From Mobula hypostoma (lineage: Eukaryota): a stretch of DNA of 64,000 bases. The first letter of the stretch is position 1, and every line of letters starts with the position of its first letter. The position numbers were made by a program, and so were the translations under genes. The notes below the pieces were generated by a model. The model did no database searches. It was not told where the DNA came from and saw only the letters and a program-made list of their open reading frames with translations. The stretch is taken from NCBI RefSeq assembly GCF_963921235.1, contig NC_086097.1, forward strand, positions 107,138,001-107,202,000, written 5' to 3'. Positions 36,861 to 50,442 of the stretch are shown piece by piece.

Positions 36861-38779
36861 AGCCTGCCTGTCCTGGTAGACCTATTGTCTCTGTTTGCTC
36901 CCGCCCCACCAAACTCATTTCTACATACCTCGGCAAGGTTTTATCCCCCCTTGTTCAATCCCTTCCTCCCTATGTTCGTGACACTTCTCACACTCTGAAA
37001 CTTTTTGATGATTTTAAGTTCCCAGTCCCCCACCACTTTATTTTCACCATGGATGTCCAGTCCCTATATACTTCCATTCCCCATCAAGAAGGTCTCAAAG
37101 CTCTCTGCTTCTTTTTGGATTCCAGACCCAACCAGTTCCCTCTACCACCACTCTGCTCCGTCTAGCGGAATTAGTCCTTACTCTTAATAATTTCTCCTTT
37201 GGGTCCTCCCACTTCCTCCAAACTAAAGGTGTAGCTATGGGCACCTGTATGGGTCCTAGCTATGCCTGCCTTTTTGTTGGCTTTGTGAATCAATCTATGT
37301 TCCAAACCTATTCTGGTATCTGTCCCCCGCTTCTCCTTCGCTACATTGACGACTGCATTGGTGCTGCTTCCTGCACGCATGCTGAGCTCGTTGACTTCAT
37401 TAACTTTGCCTCCAACTTTCACCCTGCCCTCAAGTTTACCTGGTCCATTTCCGACACCTCTCTCACCTTTCTAGATCTTTCTGTCTCTATCTCTGGAGAC
37501 AGCTTATCTACTGATGTCTACTATAAGCCAACTGACTCTCACAGCTATCTGGACTATTCCTCTTCTCACCCTGTATCTTGCAAAGTGCCATTACCTTCTC
37601 GCAATTCCTCCGTCTCCGCCGCACCTGCTCTCAGGATGAGGCTTTTCATTCCAGGACGAGGGAGATGCCCTCCTTTTTTAAAGAAAGGGGCTTTCCTTCC
37701 TCCACCATCAATTCTGCTCACAAATGCATCTCCCCCATTTCATGTACATCTGCTCTCACTCCATCCTCCCGCCACCCCACTAAGAATAGGATTCCCCTTG
37801 TCCTCACCTACCACCTCACCAGCCTCCGGGTCCAACATATTATTCTCTGTAACTTCCGCCACCTCCAAAGGGATCCTACCACTAAGCACATCTATCCCTC
37901 TCTGCATTCCGCAGGGATCACTCCCTACGTGACTCCCTTGTCCATTTGTCCCCACCATCCCTCTCCACCGATCTCCCTCCTGGCACTTATCCTTGCAAGC
38001 GGAACAAGTGCTACACATGCCCTTACACTTCCTCCCCTACCACCATTCAGGGCCCCAGACAGTCCTTCCAGGTGAGGCGACACTTCACCTGTGAGTCAGC
38101 TGGGGTGATATACTGCATCCGGTGCTCCCAATGTGGCCTTCTATATATTGGCGAGACCCGATGCAGACTGGGAGATCGTTTCGCTGAACACCTACGCTCT
38201 GTCTGCCAGAGGAAGCAAGATCTCACATTTTAATTCCACATCCCATTCCCATTCTGACATGTCTATCCACGGCCTCCTTTACTGTAAAGATGAAGCCACA
38301 CTCAGGTTGGAGGAACAACACCTTATATTCCGTCTGGGTAGCCTCCAACCTGATGGCATGAACATTGACTTCTCTAACTTCCGGTAAGGCCCCACCTCCC
38401 CCTCGTACCCCATCTGTTACTTATTTTTATGCACACATTCTTTCTCTCACTCTCCTTTTTCTCCCTCTGTCCCTCTGAATATACCTCTTGCCCATCCTCT
38501 GGGTTCCCCCCCCCCTTGTCTTTCTTCCCGGACCTCCTGTCCCATGATCCTCTCGTATCCCCTTTTGCCTATCACCTGTCCAGCTCTTGGCTCCATCCCT
38601 CCCCCTCCTGTCTTCTCCTATCATTTCAGATCTCCCCCTCCCCCTCCCACTTTCAAATCTCTTACTAGCTCTTCTTTCAGATAGTCCTGACAAAGGGTCT
38701 CAGCCTGAAATGTTGACTGTACCTCTTCCTAGAGATGCTGCCTGGCCTGCTGTGTTCACCAGCAACTTTTATGTGTGTT
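36860..38779 (+). mobile_element. 5'-truncated Neptune-type PLE (RT, GIY-YIG, pLTR with G8-mutated hammerhead at 38683-38718)
   Basis: MGTCMGPSYA, RYIDD, CKRNKCYTC, VIYCIRCSQCGLLYIGET across frameshifted ORFs. Confidence 0.93.
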
Positions 38780-38790
38780 AATAGAATGGG

Positions 38791-40012
38791 TGTTATGTTT
38801 TGTAGCTCCAGAGACAAATCAAAGAAAAACACAGGAGTCGGGATGATGGTTACTTAGTTTTTTCTTTAGTGAAGTGCTCACATATGATGTGGTGGCATAA
38901 TAACATATGCCATTCATGTACATCTTACATATAATCCATGATGAGTTATGTGAATAAAGAATGCTTAATCAAACAATATATTTACAATATTACTGAAATA
39001 TTAAATACACTACAGTTCCCTCTACTTAGCTATAAACTCCACCTGAATATAGAATGCATCTCGACTCAAATATGTAACATTTTGTTCTCTAGTCATATGC
39101 ACAGTATACTAAATAGTAGAACTGCTTATATAAACATCCACATCATTGTAAATTTTAAATCGTCCCATTCAGGCCTAAAGATTTAATCGCTGTGGAGGAT
39201 ATCTAACGCCTTTCCTGACAGGGGTTTGAGTCACTCTGTTTTGCAGGTGAGACTTCTGACTGTGAAACTATCTCAGGTTATGGGGCCCCTTCCATGGTGG
39301 TTGTTGAAGTTGGCTGTGGGACTGCAGGAAGTGATCATGGCAGCTCTGGACACTTTTCTTTTCTTACAATTGATTCTCCTCAACTGATTGATGCATTGTT
39401 TCCAGGATACATCAGATGCAATCTCCACTGTGCAGGTGAATGGTCCAGTTCTGTCCTTAGTCTTTCCAAGTACCCACTTTTGATCACCTCTGTAGTCCCT
39501 CGCCAGGAATGAAATATCAAACCTTCTTTGATGAACATTCAATTTGTCTCAGCTGTTTGTCCTTCTGTGATTGCATCTGAGGAAATCCAAGCATGAGCGC
39601 GAGGGACAACCCAGGAACAGTACAGTTAGTGATTTGTTGGTTGTGGAGTGTACTGCATTGCAATAGGTAAGGAGGAAATTGGCGAGCTTCTAATTCAATA
39701 TCAGTGTAGTATGTTCTGCTGACAATGCTCGCAGTGCATTCTTCAGACGCTGGACAAACCTTTACTCGTTGCCACTGTTATGTTTTGTAACTCCAGAAAC
39801 TAATCATAAGAAAACACAGGAGCTGGGATGATGGTCTACTTAGTTCCTTCTTTTTATGAGGCACTCACATGTAACGTGGTGGCATAGTGATGAATGCGAT
39901 TCACGTACTTCTTACATATAATCCATTATGAATTATGTAAACAACAAAGAATTCTGAATCAAACAATATCTTTATAATATTGCTCGTATTACTGAAATAT
40001 TAAATACATACA
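38791..40012 (-). mobile_element. Internally deleted Gypsy LTR retrotransposon (two LTRs, PBS, integrase C-half, PPT)
   Basis: LTRs 38791-39014 and 39776-40012 (TG..CA); exact 5-bp TSD atggg; PBS TGGCAACGAG at 39765-39774(-); PPT at about 39016-39027(-); RFVQRLKNAL...KLANFLLTYCNAVHSTT and ARDYRGDQKW...GP integrase remnants. Confidence 0.9.
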
Positions 40013-40350
40013 ATGGGGACAAAGCAGAAACAGTGAACAGAAGTAGATAATCTGCCATGATTTTATTGAATAGTGGTGCAGGTCCAAAGAGCCAACTATT
40101 CCCGTTCTCATTTTCTGTCTTTCTATGAAATTGTTAAAGATAGTTGAGTTTAGACATTGCTCAAAGGAGCTCCTGCAATGATGTACTAGGGCTGGGATAA
40201 ATGAACCTCCAGTATGCTCAGCCCTTACCAAGACTCCTTAATGCTGTCTCAAGCAGTTGTCCTGGCAAAATCCCAACCAATCATCTAGAGTGGGTTGTTG
40301 GTGAGGTGTGCTCCTTTATAGCATAATCAAATGCACCCTCTGCTACCAAT

Positions 40351-43300
40351 CATATAACCATATAACCATATAAGAATTACAGCACGGAAAGAGGCCATCT
40401 CGGCCCTGCTAGTCCGTGCCAAACTCTTACTCTCACCTAGTCCCACCGACCTGCACTCAGCCCATAACCCTCCATTCCTTTCCTGTCCATATATCTATCC
40501 AATTTAACTTTAAACAACAACATCGAACCTGCCTAAACCACTTCTGCTGGAAGCTGGTTCCACACAGCTACCACTCTCTGGGTAAAGAAGTTCCTCCTCA
40601 TGTTACCCCTAAACCTTTGCCCTTTAACTCTCAACTCATGTCCTCTTGTTTGAATCTCCCCCACTCTCAATGGAAAAAGGCTATCCACGTCAACTCTATC
40701 TATCCCCCTCATAATTTTAAACACCACTATCAAGTCCCCCCTCAACCTTCTATGCTCCAAAGAATGAAGACCTAACTTGTTCAACCTTTCTCTGTAACTT
40801 ACGAGATGAAACCCAGGCAACATTTTAGTAAATCTCCTCTGTACTTTGTCAATGTTATTGACATCTTTCAATAATTCGATGACCAGAACTGTACACAATA
40901 CTCCAAATTTGGCCTCACCAATGCCTTACACAATTTCAACATTACATCCCAACTCCTGTACTCAATGCTCTGATTTATAAAGGCCAGCATACTAAAAGCT
41001 TTCTTCACCATCCTATCCACATGAGGTTCCACCTTCAGGGAACTATGCACCATTATTCCTAGATCCCTCTGTTCTACTGCATTCCTCAATGCCCTACCAT
41101 TTACCATGTATGTCCTATTTTGATTAGTCCTACCAAAATGTTGCACCTCAGATTTTTCAGCATTAAACTCCATCTGCCATCTTTCAGCCCACTCTTCTAA
41201 CTGGCCTAAATCTCTCAGCAAGCTTTGAAAACCTACTTCATTATCCATAATGCACCTATCTTAGTATCATCTGCATACTTACTAATCCAATTTACCACCC
41301 CATCATCCAGATCATTAATATATATGACAAACAACATTGGACCCAGTACATATCCCTGAGGCACACCGTTAGACACCGTCCTCCAATCTGACACACAGTT
41401 ATCCACCACTACTCTCTGGCATCTCCCATCCAGCCACTGCTGAATCCATTTTACTACTTCGATATTAATTCCTAACGATTGAACCTTCCGAACTAACCTT
41501 CCCTGTGGAACCTTGTCAAAGGCCTTACTGAAGTCCATATAGACAACATCCACCGCTTTACCCTCGTCAACTTTCTTAGAAACCTCATCAAAAAATACAA
41601 TAAGGTTTGTTAAACATGACCTTCCATGCACAAATCCATGTTGACTGTTCCTAATCAGACCCTGTCTATCCAGATAATTATATATGCCATCTCTAAGAAT
41701 ACTTTCCATCAATTTACCTACCACTGACGTCAAACTCACAGGCTGATAATTGCTAGGTTTACTCTTAGAACCTTTTTTAAACAATGGAACAACATGAGCA
41801 ATATGCCAATCCTCTGGCACCATCCCCATTTCTAATGACATTTGAAATATTTCTGTCAGAGCCCCTGCTATTTCCACACTAACTTCCCTCAAGGTCCTAG
41901 GGAATATTTTGTCTGGACCTGGAAACCTATCCACTTTATTTTCCTTAAAAGCGCCAGTAATTCCTCTTCTTTAATCGTCATACTTTCCATAACTACCTTT
42001 CTTGTTTACTTTACCTTACACAATTCATATCCCTCTCCTTAGTGAATACCGAAGAAAATAAGTTGTTCAAAATCTCCCCCATCTCTTTTGGCTCCCCACA
42101 TAGCCATCCACTTTGATTCTCTAAGGGACCAATTTTATCCCTCACTATCCTTTTGCTATTAATGTAACTGTAGAAACCCTTTGGATTTATTTTTACCTTA
42201 CTTGCCAAAACAGCCTCGTATCTTTTAGCTTTTCTAATTTCTTTCTTAAGATTCTTTTTACGTTCTTTATATTCCTCGAGCACCTCATTAACTCCAATCT
42301 GCCTATATTTATTGTAGATCCCTCTCTTTTTCCTAACTAAGTTTCCAATATCCATTGAAAACCATGGCTCTCTCAAACTTTTAACCTTTCCTTTCAACCT
42401 AACAGGAGCATAAAGATCCTGTACCCTCAAAATTTCACCTTTAAATGACCTCCATTTCTCTATTACATCCTTCCCATAAAACAAATTGTCCAAATCCACT
42501 CCTTCTAAATCCTCTTGCATCCCCTCGAAGTTAGCCTTTCTCCAATCAAAAGTCTCAACACTGTGTCCAGTCCGATCCTTCTCCATAATTATATTGAAAC
42601 TAATGGTATTGTGATCACTGGACCCGAAGTGCTCCCCAACACATACCTCCGTCACCTGACCTATCTCATTCCCTAACAGGAGATCCAACACTGCCCCTTC
42701 TCTAGTTGGTACCTCTATGTATTGCTGCAAAAAACTATCTTGCACACATTTGACAAACTCCAAACCATCCAGCCCTTTTACAGAATGGGCTTCCCAGTCT
42801 ATATTTTTTGAAAATTAAAATCTCCAACAATCTCAACCTCGTGCTTACTACAAATATCTGCTATCTCCTTACAAATTTGCTCCTCCGGTTCTCGGTCCCC
42901 ATTAGGTGGTCTATAATACACCCCTATAAGCATCACTACACCTTTCCCATTCCTCAATTCCACCCAAATAGCCTCCCTAGACGAGTCCACTAATCTATCC
43001 TGCCAGAGCACCGCTGTTATATTTTCTCTGACAAGCTGTTGCCCCTCTGACAAGCTCTCCCCCTCTTGCCCCTCCAATTCTATCACACCTGAAGCAATGA
43101 AATCCTGGAATATTTAGTTGCCAATCACACCCCTCCTGCAACCATGTTTCACTAATAGCTACAACATCATATTTCCAGGTATCAATCCATGCTCTAAACT
43201 CATCCACCTTTCTTCCAATGCTCCTCGCATTAAAATAGATGTATTTAAGAAACTCTCCACCTCTTACTCTCTGTTTATCCTTAATGGAGCAAACAACTTT

Positions 43301-44450
43301 GTTATCTTTTTCTTCCTTTTCCCCTACATCTTTGGTCTGAGTGCTCCCTATCTCTGTCCCCTGTGTATCCTCCCTCACACACTGTCTACTAGCTTTCTCT
43401 ATTTGTGAACTAACCTCCTCTCTCCTAATCTCTTCAATTTGATTCCCACCCCCCAACCATTCTACAAATGTTTGTAGTTTAAAGTCACCTCAGTAGCCTT
43501 CGCAAATCTCCTCGCCAGGATATTGGTCCCCCTAGGATTCAAGTGCAACCCGTCCTTTTTGTACAGGTCACACCTGCGCCAAAAGAGGTCCCAATGATCC
43601 CTCTTGAATCCCTGCACCCTGCTCCAATCCCTCAGCCACGCATTTATCCTCCACCTCATTGCATTCCTACTCTCACTGTCGCGTGGCACAGGCGGTAATC
43701 CCGAGATTACTACCTTTGCAGTCCTTTTTCTCAACTCCCTTCCTAACTCCCTATATTCTCCTTTCAGGACTTCTCCCCTTTTCCTACCTATGTCATTGGT
43801 ACCTATATGTACCATGACTTCTGGCTCCTCTCCCTTCCACTTCAGGGTATCTTGGACGCGATCAGAAACATCCTGGACCCTGGCACCAGAGAGGCAAACT
43901 ACCATCTGGGTCTCCGGACTACATCCACAGAATTGTCTATCTGACCCCCTAACTATAGAGTCCCCTATTACTACTGCCCTCCTCTTCCTTTCCCTACCCT
44001 TCTTAGCTACAGGGCCGGACTCTGTGCCGGAGGCACGGCCACTGTTGCTTCCCCCAGGTGTGCTCTCCCCCCCAGCAGTACTCAAACAGGAGTACTTATT
44101 GTCAAGGGGCACAGCCACTGGCATACACTCTCTAGTACCTGACTCTTCCCCTTCCCCCTCCTAACCGTGACCCACTTGTCAGCCTCCCGTGGCCCCGGTG
44201 TGACCACCTGCCTGTAACTCCTCTCTATCAACTCCTCACTTTCCCTGACCAGACGGAGGTCATCGAGCTGCAGCTCCAATTCCGTAATGGGGTCCCTTAG
44301 GAGCCGCATCTCGGCACACCTGGCGCAGATGTGGACGTCTCGGAGGCTGGGAGTCTCCAGGACCTCCCACATCCGACACCGAGAACAGCAAGCTGCCCTC
44401 ACACTCATACTTCCCCCCTTTCCTCAAATAACAGGAAAAAGTGAAAAACC
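40351..44450 (-). mobile_element. Near full-length CR1 lineage B (zinc finger/esterase ORF1 plus APE-RT ORF2, frameshifted), (TTATATGG)n tail
   Basis: ORF1 44082-44408 and 43462-44124 (CxxC...HICARC, GDS, GTND, DGLH); ORF2 pieces 43456 to 40533 (YADD). Confidence 0.95.
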
Positions 44451-44746
44451 AAATATTTCTCCCCAATATGATTGAGGAGAAATTCATAGCCAGTAATTAG
44501 TCAACATGAACAGGATGTATTTGGACAAATCTCCTCCCATTTTCTTTCACTCTTCTACCTACTCACTTTCAAGAACTCTACAACAAAGGTTCTCAGATTT
44601 TTTTTGTACATTTTGGCTTTTTTGCATAGCACATTGGTTGTTTGTCAATCTTTGTTTATGAACAGTTTTTCACAAATTCTAATGTATTTCTTTGTTTTTC
44701 CTGTATGACTGCAAGAAAGCAAATCTCAAGGTAGTATAGGGTGACA

Positions 44747-47700
44747 ACCATGAAAAGAGTGGTGAGGACTAGAGAGTCAGTGACAGCCCGGAGAGACGGC
44801 AACCAGGGCAGAACGGGCTGGCAACCCAATCTGCGTCCTCTGAGAGGAGGACTCCCACAAAAGCCACAAAGAATCTAAGGAAAAGATACCTCCAGGGGTG
44901 CCCGAGAGGCGGGGAGGATGAGCACCCCAGTCGGATGGACACAACGACATCAGACCCAGGCAATGAACAAACGACGATGAGGAAGCATGTGGCAAAATCT
45001 GCAAGAACGATCGTGGCTTGAAGATCCACCAAGCGAGGATGAAGTGTCTGGCGGGAGCAGGAGCAGCACAACGCGCAGGTGTCCAGCCTGGTGAGACGAA
45101 GGAGAGGCCAGGCCCGGAGTCATCCCATAGTGCCCGGAACCTCCAAGTGTTGCAAACTAATGCCTCTAACATGAAGTCTAACAGGAGGTGGATCAAATGG
45201 CCTGCAGCTAACATGACTTCACTGTGGACACAGTTTGATGACGATGTTAACCAAATTCTGGAGGCAACGACGAAGGGAGGGGTTGATAGGAAGCTGCAAA
45301 CCATGACAACAATTATTGTTAGTATCGCAGCTGAACGGTTCGGAGAAGAGGAGAAGGAAGGCTCCAAAACATCTTACTCGAAGAACCAAAGAGCATCGAG
45401 GATCCACAACATCAGGCAGGAGATGAAAGCGCTGAAGTCCCGATACAAGGAGGCAGGAGAAGAGGAGCACATTAGCTTGGCCCAGCTGATGTGCATACTA
45501 CGAAAGAAGATCAGGGTCCTCCGCCGGGCAGAGTGGCATCGGAGGTGGCGGCGTGAAAGGGCCCGAAAACGTGCTGCCTTTATCGCCAACCCCTTCAAGT
45601 TCACCAAGGAGTTGCTGGGGGAGAAGCGCAGTGGGAAACTGGCCTGTTCGCAGGAAGACATAGACCAACATCTGAAGAAGATATATAATGATCCTGAAAG
45701 AGAGCAGGAGTTGGGAGAGTGCAACATCCTAATAGACCCACCAGAACCGGATGTGCAGTTCGACATGTCAGAGCTGCAGCTAAAGGAAGTCAGAGAGGTC
45801 GTCCGCAAAGCAAGGGCAAGCTCGGCTCCAGGACCAAGCAACACCTCGTACAAAGTGTACAAGAACTGCCCCAAACCCCTGCTGCATCTGTGGAAGATCC
45901 TGAGAATCTTCTGGAGAAGGGGGAAGATCCCAGAACAGTGGAGAGTGGCTGAAGGGGTGTGGATCTCGAAGAAGGAAAATGCCACCCAGATAGATCAGTT
46001 TCGCATCATCTCCCTGCTGTGTGTCGAGGCGAAGATCTTCTTCAGTGCAGTTTCTAACCGGCTGTGCACCTACCTAGCAAAGAACACCTATATTGATACA
46101 TCAGTCCAGAAGGGTGGCATTTCAGGGATGCCAGGGTGTCTGGAGCACATCGGTGTGGTGACACAGCTCATCAGGGAAGCCAGAGAGAACAAGGGCAACC
46201 TGTCAGTGTTGTGGCTCGACCCGGCAAATGCATACGGCTCCATTCCGCACAAGCTGGTGCAGCTCACACTGACCAAATATCATGTCCCCAGCAGAATCAG
46301 AGACCTTATCGCTGATTATTACAGCAACTTCAGGATGAGGGTCTCTTCAGGAGCAATTACATCAACCTGGCACAAGGTGGAGATTGGCATTATCACAGGG
46401 TGCACTATCTCAGTGACACTGTTCTCTCTAGCCATGAACATGCTCACTAAGTCTGCTGAACCAGAGTCCAGAGGGCCCAGAATGAATTCCGCTCAACGGC
46501 AACCACCTATCAGGGCATTCATGGATGACCTCACAGTCACCACAGAATCAGTCCCAGGCTGCCGGTGGATTCTGCAAGGGCTTGAAAAGCTGGTGGAGTG
46601 GGCCCGGATGAGTTTCAAACCTGCCAAATCAAGATCGATGGTGCTGAGGAAAGGGAAGGTGGAGAACAAGTTCCGGTTCAGCATCGCAGGCACAGCCATC
46701 CCAACCATCACAGAAAAGCCAGTCAAGAGCTTAGGCAAAGTTTTTGACAGCTCTTTAAGGGGCACAACATCCATTCAGGCAACCTTCACCGAGTTGGATG
46801 GCTGGCTGAAATCTGTGGACAAGTCTGGCCTACCTGGGAAGTTTAAAGCCTGGGTGTATCAGCATGGCATTCTTCCCAGAATCCTGTGGCCCCTCCTCGT
46901 CTATGCAGTTCCAATCTCGACAGTCGAAACTTAGAGAGGAGGGTTAGCAACCACCTCAGGAGACGGCTGGGGCTGCCAAAGAGCCTGAGCAGCATCGCAC
47001 TCTATGGACACCACAACAAACTGAAACTGCCCTTCAAATCCCTGGAGGAAGAATTCAAGGTAACAAGAGCCAGTGAAGTGCTACAATATAGGGACTCAAG
47101 TGATCCGAAGGTGGCTAGAGCAGGGATCCAAGTAAGTACTGGCAGGAAGTGGAGGGCAGAGGAAGCTGTTCAGGAGGCAGAGGCGAGGCTGCGTGACAGG
47201 AGGCTGGTGGGAGTGGTCACACGAGGCCGAGCTGGGCTAGGATCTTTTCCAACTCCCCAAATGGACACCAGAGGGAAGGAAAGGCGTCGTCTAGTTCAGG
47301 AGGAGGTGAGAGCAGTAGTGGAGGAGATAAGAGCCTGCAAGGTGGTGGGAATGAAGCAACAGGGAGCTTGGACAAGATGGGAGAATGCGGTTGAGAGGTA
47401 AGTGACCTCGGCTGATCCATGGAAAGCCGAACCACACCGCATCCAATTTCTCATCCAGGCAGTGTACGATGTGCTTCCAAGCCCATCAAACCTGCACACA
47501 TGGGGCAAGGCAGAGTCACCTGCGTACCCACTGTGCTCCAAGCGAGGAACCCTGGAGCACATCCTCAGCGGTTGTACAAGGGCACTTGGTGAGGGACGGT
47601 ACAGGTGGAGGCATGATCAGGTCCTGAAGACCATCGCTGAAGCCGTCAGCGCAGGAGTTCAGTGGGCGAAGCGGTCCCGACCCTCCAAGCAGACCATTGC

Positions 47701-48329
47701 CTTTCTCAGAGCTGGGGAGCAACCAATACCTGCCAAAAGAACATCTGCAGGCATTCTGACCTCTGCAAGGGAATGGCAGCTGTTGGTGGACCTCGAAGGG
47801 CAGCTGAAGTTCCCCAACCATATCGCAGCCACCACCCTACGACTAGACATTGTCCTAGTGTCTGAGTCTACTAAGCAAGTGGTGCTGCTGGAGCTGACAG
47901 TCCCATGGGAAGATAGCTTGGAGGAGGCCTTTGAAAGGAAGCTCTTCAAGTACGCAGGACTGGACAGCAACTGTCAGCAGGCTGGATGGAGAGCGAGGTG
48001 TCTCCCAGTGGAGGTTGGTTATAGGGGATTCGTAGCCCGTTCTTTAGTTACAGCCTTCAGCATTTTGGGCATCGAGGGAGAGAGGAAGAGGAGGGCCATC
48101 CGCAGTACCACCGATGCGGCAGAGAGGGCCTCAAGATGGCTGTGGCTCAAAAGAGGGGAGCCATGGAGTCATAAGTAGCTCGCCATCTGAACACAAGCTG
48201 GGGTCTGATCAGCCCTGGCTGGGTCACCTGGAGGAGGTTGTATGATGTTGAAAGATCCGAAACACCCGATGATTCCAGGAACATCACTGAAGATGTGTCC
48301 AGAAGCATCAATAGATGTATGTACACAGT
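44747..48329 (+). mobile_element. Hero-like non-LTR retrotransposon with restriction-like endonuclease, near full length
   Basis: N-terminal CGKICKNDRGLKIH; RT WLDPANAYGS, TGCTIS, FMDD (45018-46934); knuckle PLC...EHILSGC, RHDQVL, R(L)DIV...ELTVPWE, ERK..KY (47402-48178); imperfect 7-bp TSD ggtgaca/ggtaaca. Confidence 0.88.
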
Positions 48330-48404
48330 GGTAACATATATGTATCTTGATAATAAATTTACTTTAATTAGAGATGGCAGAAGTTATGAAAAGTAACTTT
48401 ATCT

Positions 48405-48915
48405 ACTGCCAGAATGTGGCCACACTCAGGCTGGAGGAGCAGCACTTTATATTCCATCTGGTAGCCTCCAATCCAATGGCATGAACATCGATTTATTGAA
48501 TTTATGGTAATTCCACCCCTGCCCCACCATTCCCATACCTGTTTCTCTCTCTCAGCTCATCTCCTTACCTGCCCATCATCTCTCTCTGGTGCTCCTTTCC
48601 TTTCTTCCATTGTCATCTGCCCTCTCCTATCAGATTACCGCTTCTCCAGCCCTTTATCTCTTTCACTTATCAGCTTCCCAGCTCTTTACTTCACCCCTCC
48701 CTCTCTCCCAGTTTCACCTATCACCTACCACCTTGTACTTCTTCCTCCCCTTCCCCCACCTTCTTGCACTAACTTCTCATCTTTTTTTCTCCAGTCCTGA
48801 TGAAGGGTCTCGGCCTGAAATGTTGATTTGTCCATAGATGCAGCCTGACCTGCTGAGTTCCTCCAGCATTTTGTGTGTGTTCCTTGGATTTCCAGAATCT
48901 GCAAATTTTCCCTTG
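48405..48915 (+). mobile_element. PLE 3' portion with hammerhead motif at 48793-48828
   Basis: ATLRLEEQH-like start; AGTC-CTGATGA-AGGGTCTCGGCCT-GAAATGTT-GATT. Confidence 0.85.
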
Positions 48916-49119
48916 TTTGTGGTCCATTTTTCTGCTTTAACACAATAATTAAGGTACATCTGTGTGGCTCGCTGCATTACTGCAAAGAGTATTTAAGAGG
49001 TTACCACACTACAGCAGGTCTGGAGTCATGTAGGTTGCCAGATTTCTTTCCCTGAGGATTGTAGGCAAACCAGCTAGGTTTTCAGACTTGTAAGTTCAAA
49101 ATGTTACCTGTTAAATTTG

Positions 49120-49445
49120 GTAGCATGGTAGCACAGCATGGTGGAATTGTTTTACAGCCTCAGTGAATTCCGATCAGCGTTCAATTCCTGCCACTGATTG
49201 TAAGAATTTCGTACGTTCTACACGTACCATGTGGGTTTCCTCCAGGTGCTCTGGTTTCCTTCCACATTTCAAAGACACATGGCAAGGGTTCAGGTTAGTA
49301 GCTAGTGAGCATGCTATGTTGGCGCCAGAAGTGTGGCGACACTTGAGGTCTGCCCTGAGCACAATTCTCACTGATTTGAATTAACACAAATGATGCATTT
49401 CATTGTATGTTTCAATGTATGTGTGAAAAATAAAGACAATCTTTA
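49120..49445 (+). mobile_element. V-domain SINE
   Basis: gtgggtttcctccaggtgctctggtttccttccaca core; same tail type as 24102-24440. Confidence 0.8.
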
Positions 49446-49989
49446 TTCAGAGCTAACCGAAGGATAGAAAATTTTGTAACAGATGCCTATATAGCAGAAG
49501 CATTTCAAAATTAAAATATCTCTGCAGCAACAGATGCCGACCAGGAAACCACACACAGCTTGCACAGATTTTGTCACAAAGTTAGAAAAATCACTATAAA
49601 ACATTTCTATATTTAATAACTATGCATGGAATATAATTATTTCAAGTATAATTCTTCTCTCTGTATTTTGTGTGCTTTCTTGAGTTTAACAGGGATGTCA
49701 AGAACCCAGTGCAAATTTCAAGTTTTTTGTTCATTTGCATTGTAGTGTGCTAATTGAGTAATTTACATTTCAAAATTGAATGCATATGCGATAGTGAAAA
49801 TGGGAGTAATTTTTCATTTAATGTATCTGCTATTCAGGATCTGGGCTCTGCTGGCAACCTGTTGGCCACTTCTAATCAGCTTTGAGAAGTTGGTGGTGAG
49901 CCACTGTTTTGAACAGCTGTAATCCTTCTGATGAAGATGTACACACAGTGCGGTATTAACTCCTTCTAATAACTACCATAAACACCATC

Positions 49990-50442
49990 CGATCAAATAA
50001 TACCGTGGAGGACATTCTAACTGGTTGCATCACCATCTAATATGAAGATGCCATTGCACAGATTGGTAAAATTTGTAGCGGTTTGCAAACTCAGCCAGCT
50101 CTATCACAGGGGTATTAGTTCCCGCTACCACCAAGGACATCTTCAAAAGCTGGTGCCTCAGCAAGGTGGCATCCATAATTAAGGACCACCATCACCCAGG
50201 ACATGCCCTCTTCTCATTCACATACTGAACATTTTAGGAAAAGCTTCTTCACTTCCGCTATCAGATTTCTGAACGGACAATGAACCCATGACCACCACCT
50301 CACTATTTTTGCTCTCTGTTTGCACTACTTATTTAATTTTTTAGTGTATTTCTTATTACAATTGATAGTATTTTTATGTATTGCACTGTACTGCTGCCAC
50401 AAAACCACAAATTTCATGACATGTCAGTGATTCTGATTCTGA
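49990..50442 (+). mobile_element. Rex1/Babar 3' fragment
   Basis: attctaactggttgcatcacc; gattctgattctga tail. Confidence 0.7.

Noticed and set aside
36162..38787. tagaat on both sides of the CR1-B plus PLE pair as a joint TSD
   Set aside because: The left-flank CR1 does not resume on the right, so a 6-bp match is likely chance.
48236..48300. Hammerhead-like words (tgatg...gaaac) in the Hero 3' UTR
   Set aside because: No CTGANGA core positioned before stem II and GAAA; treated only as a structured UTR.
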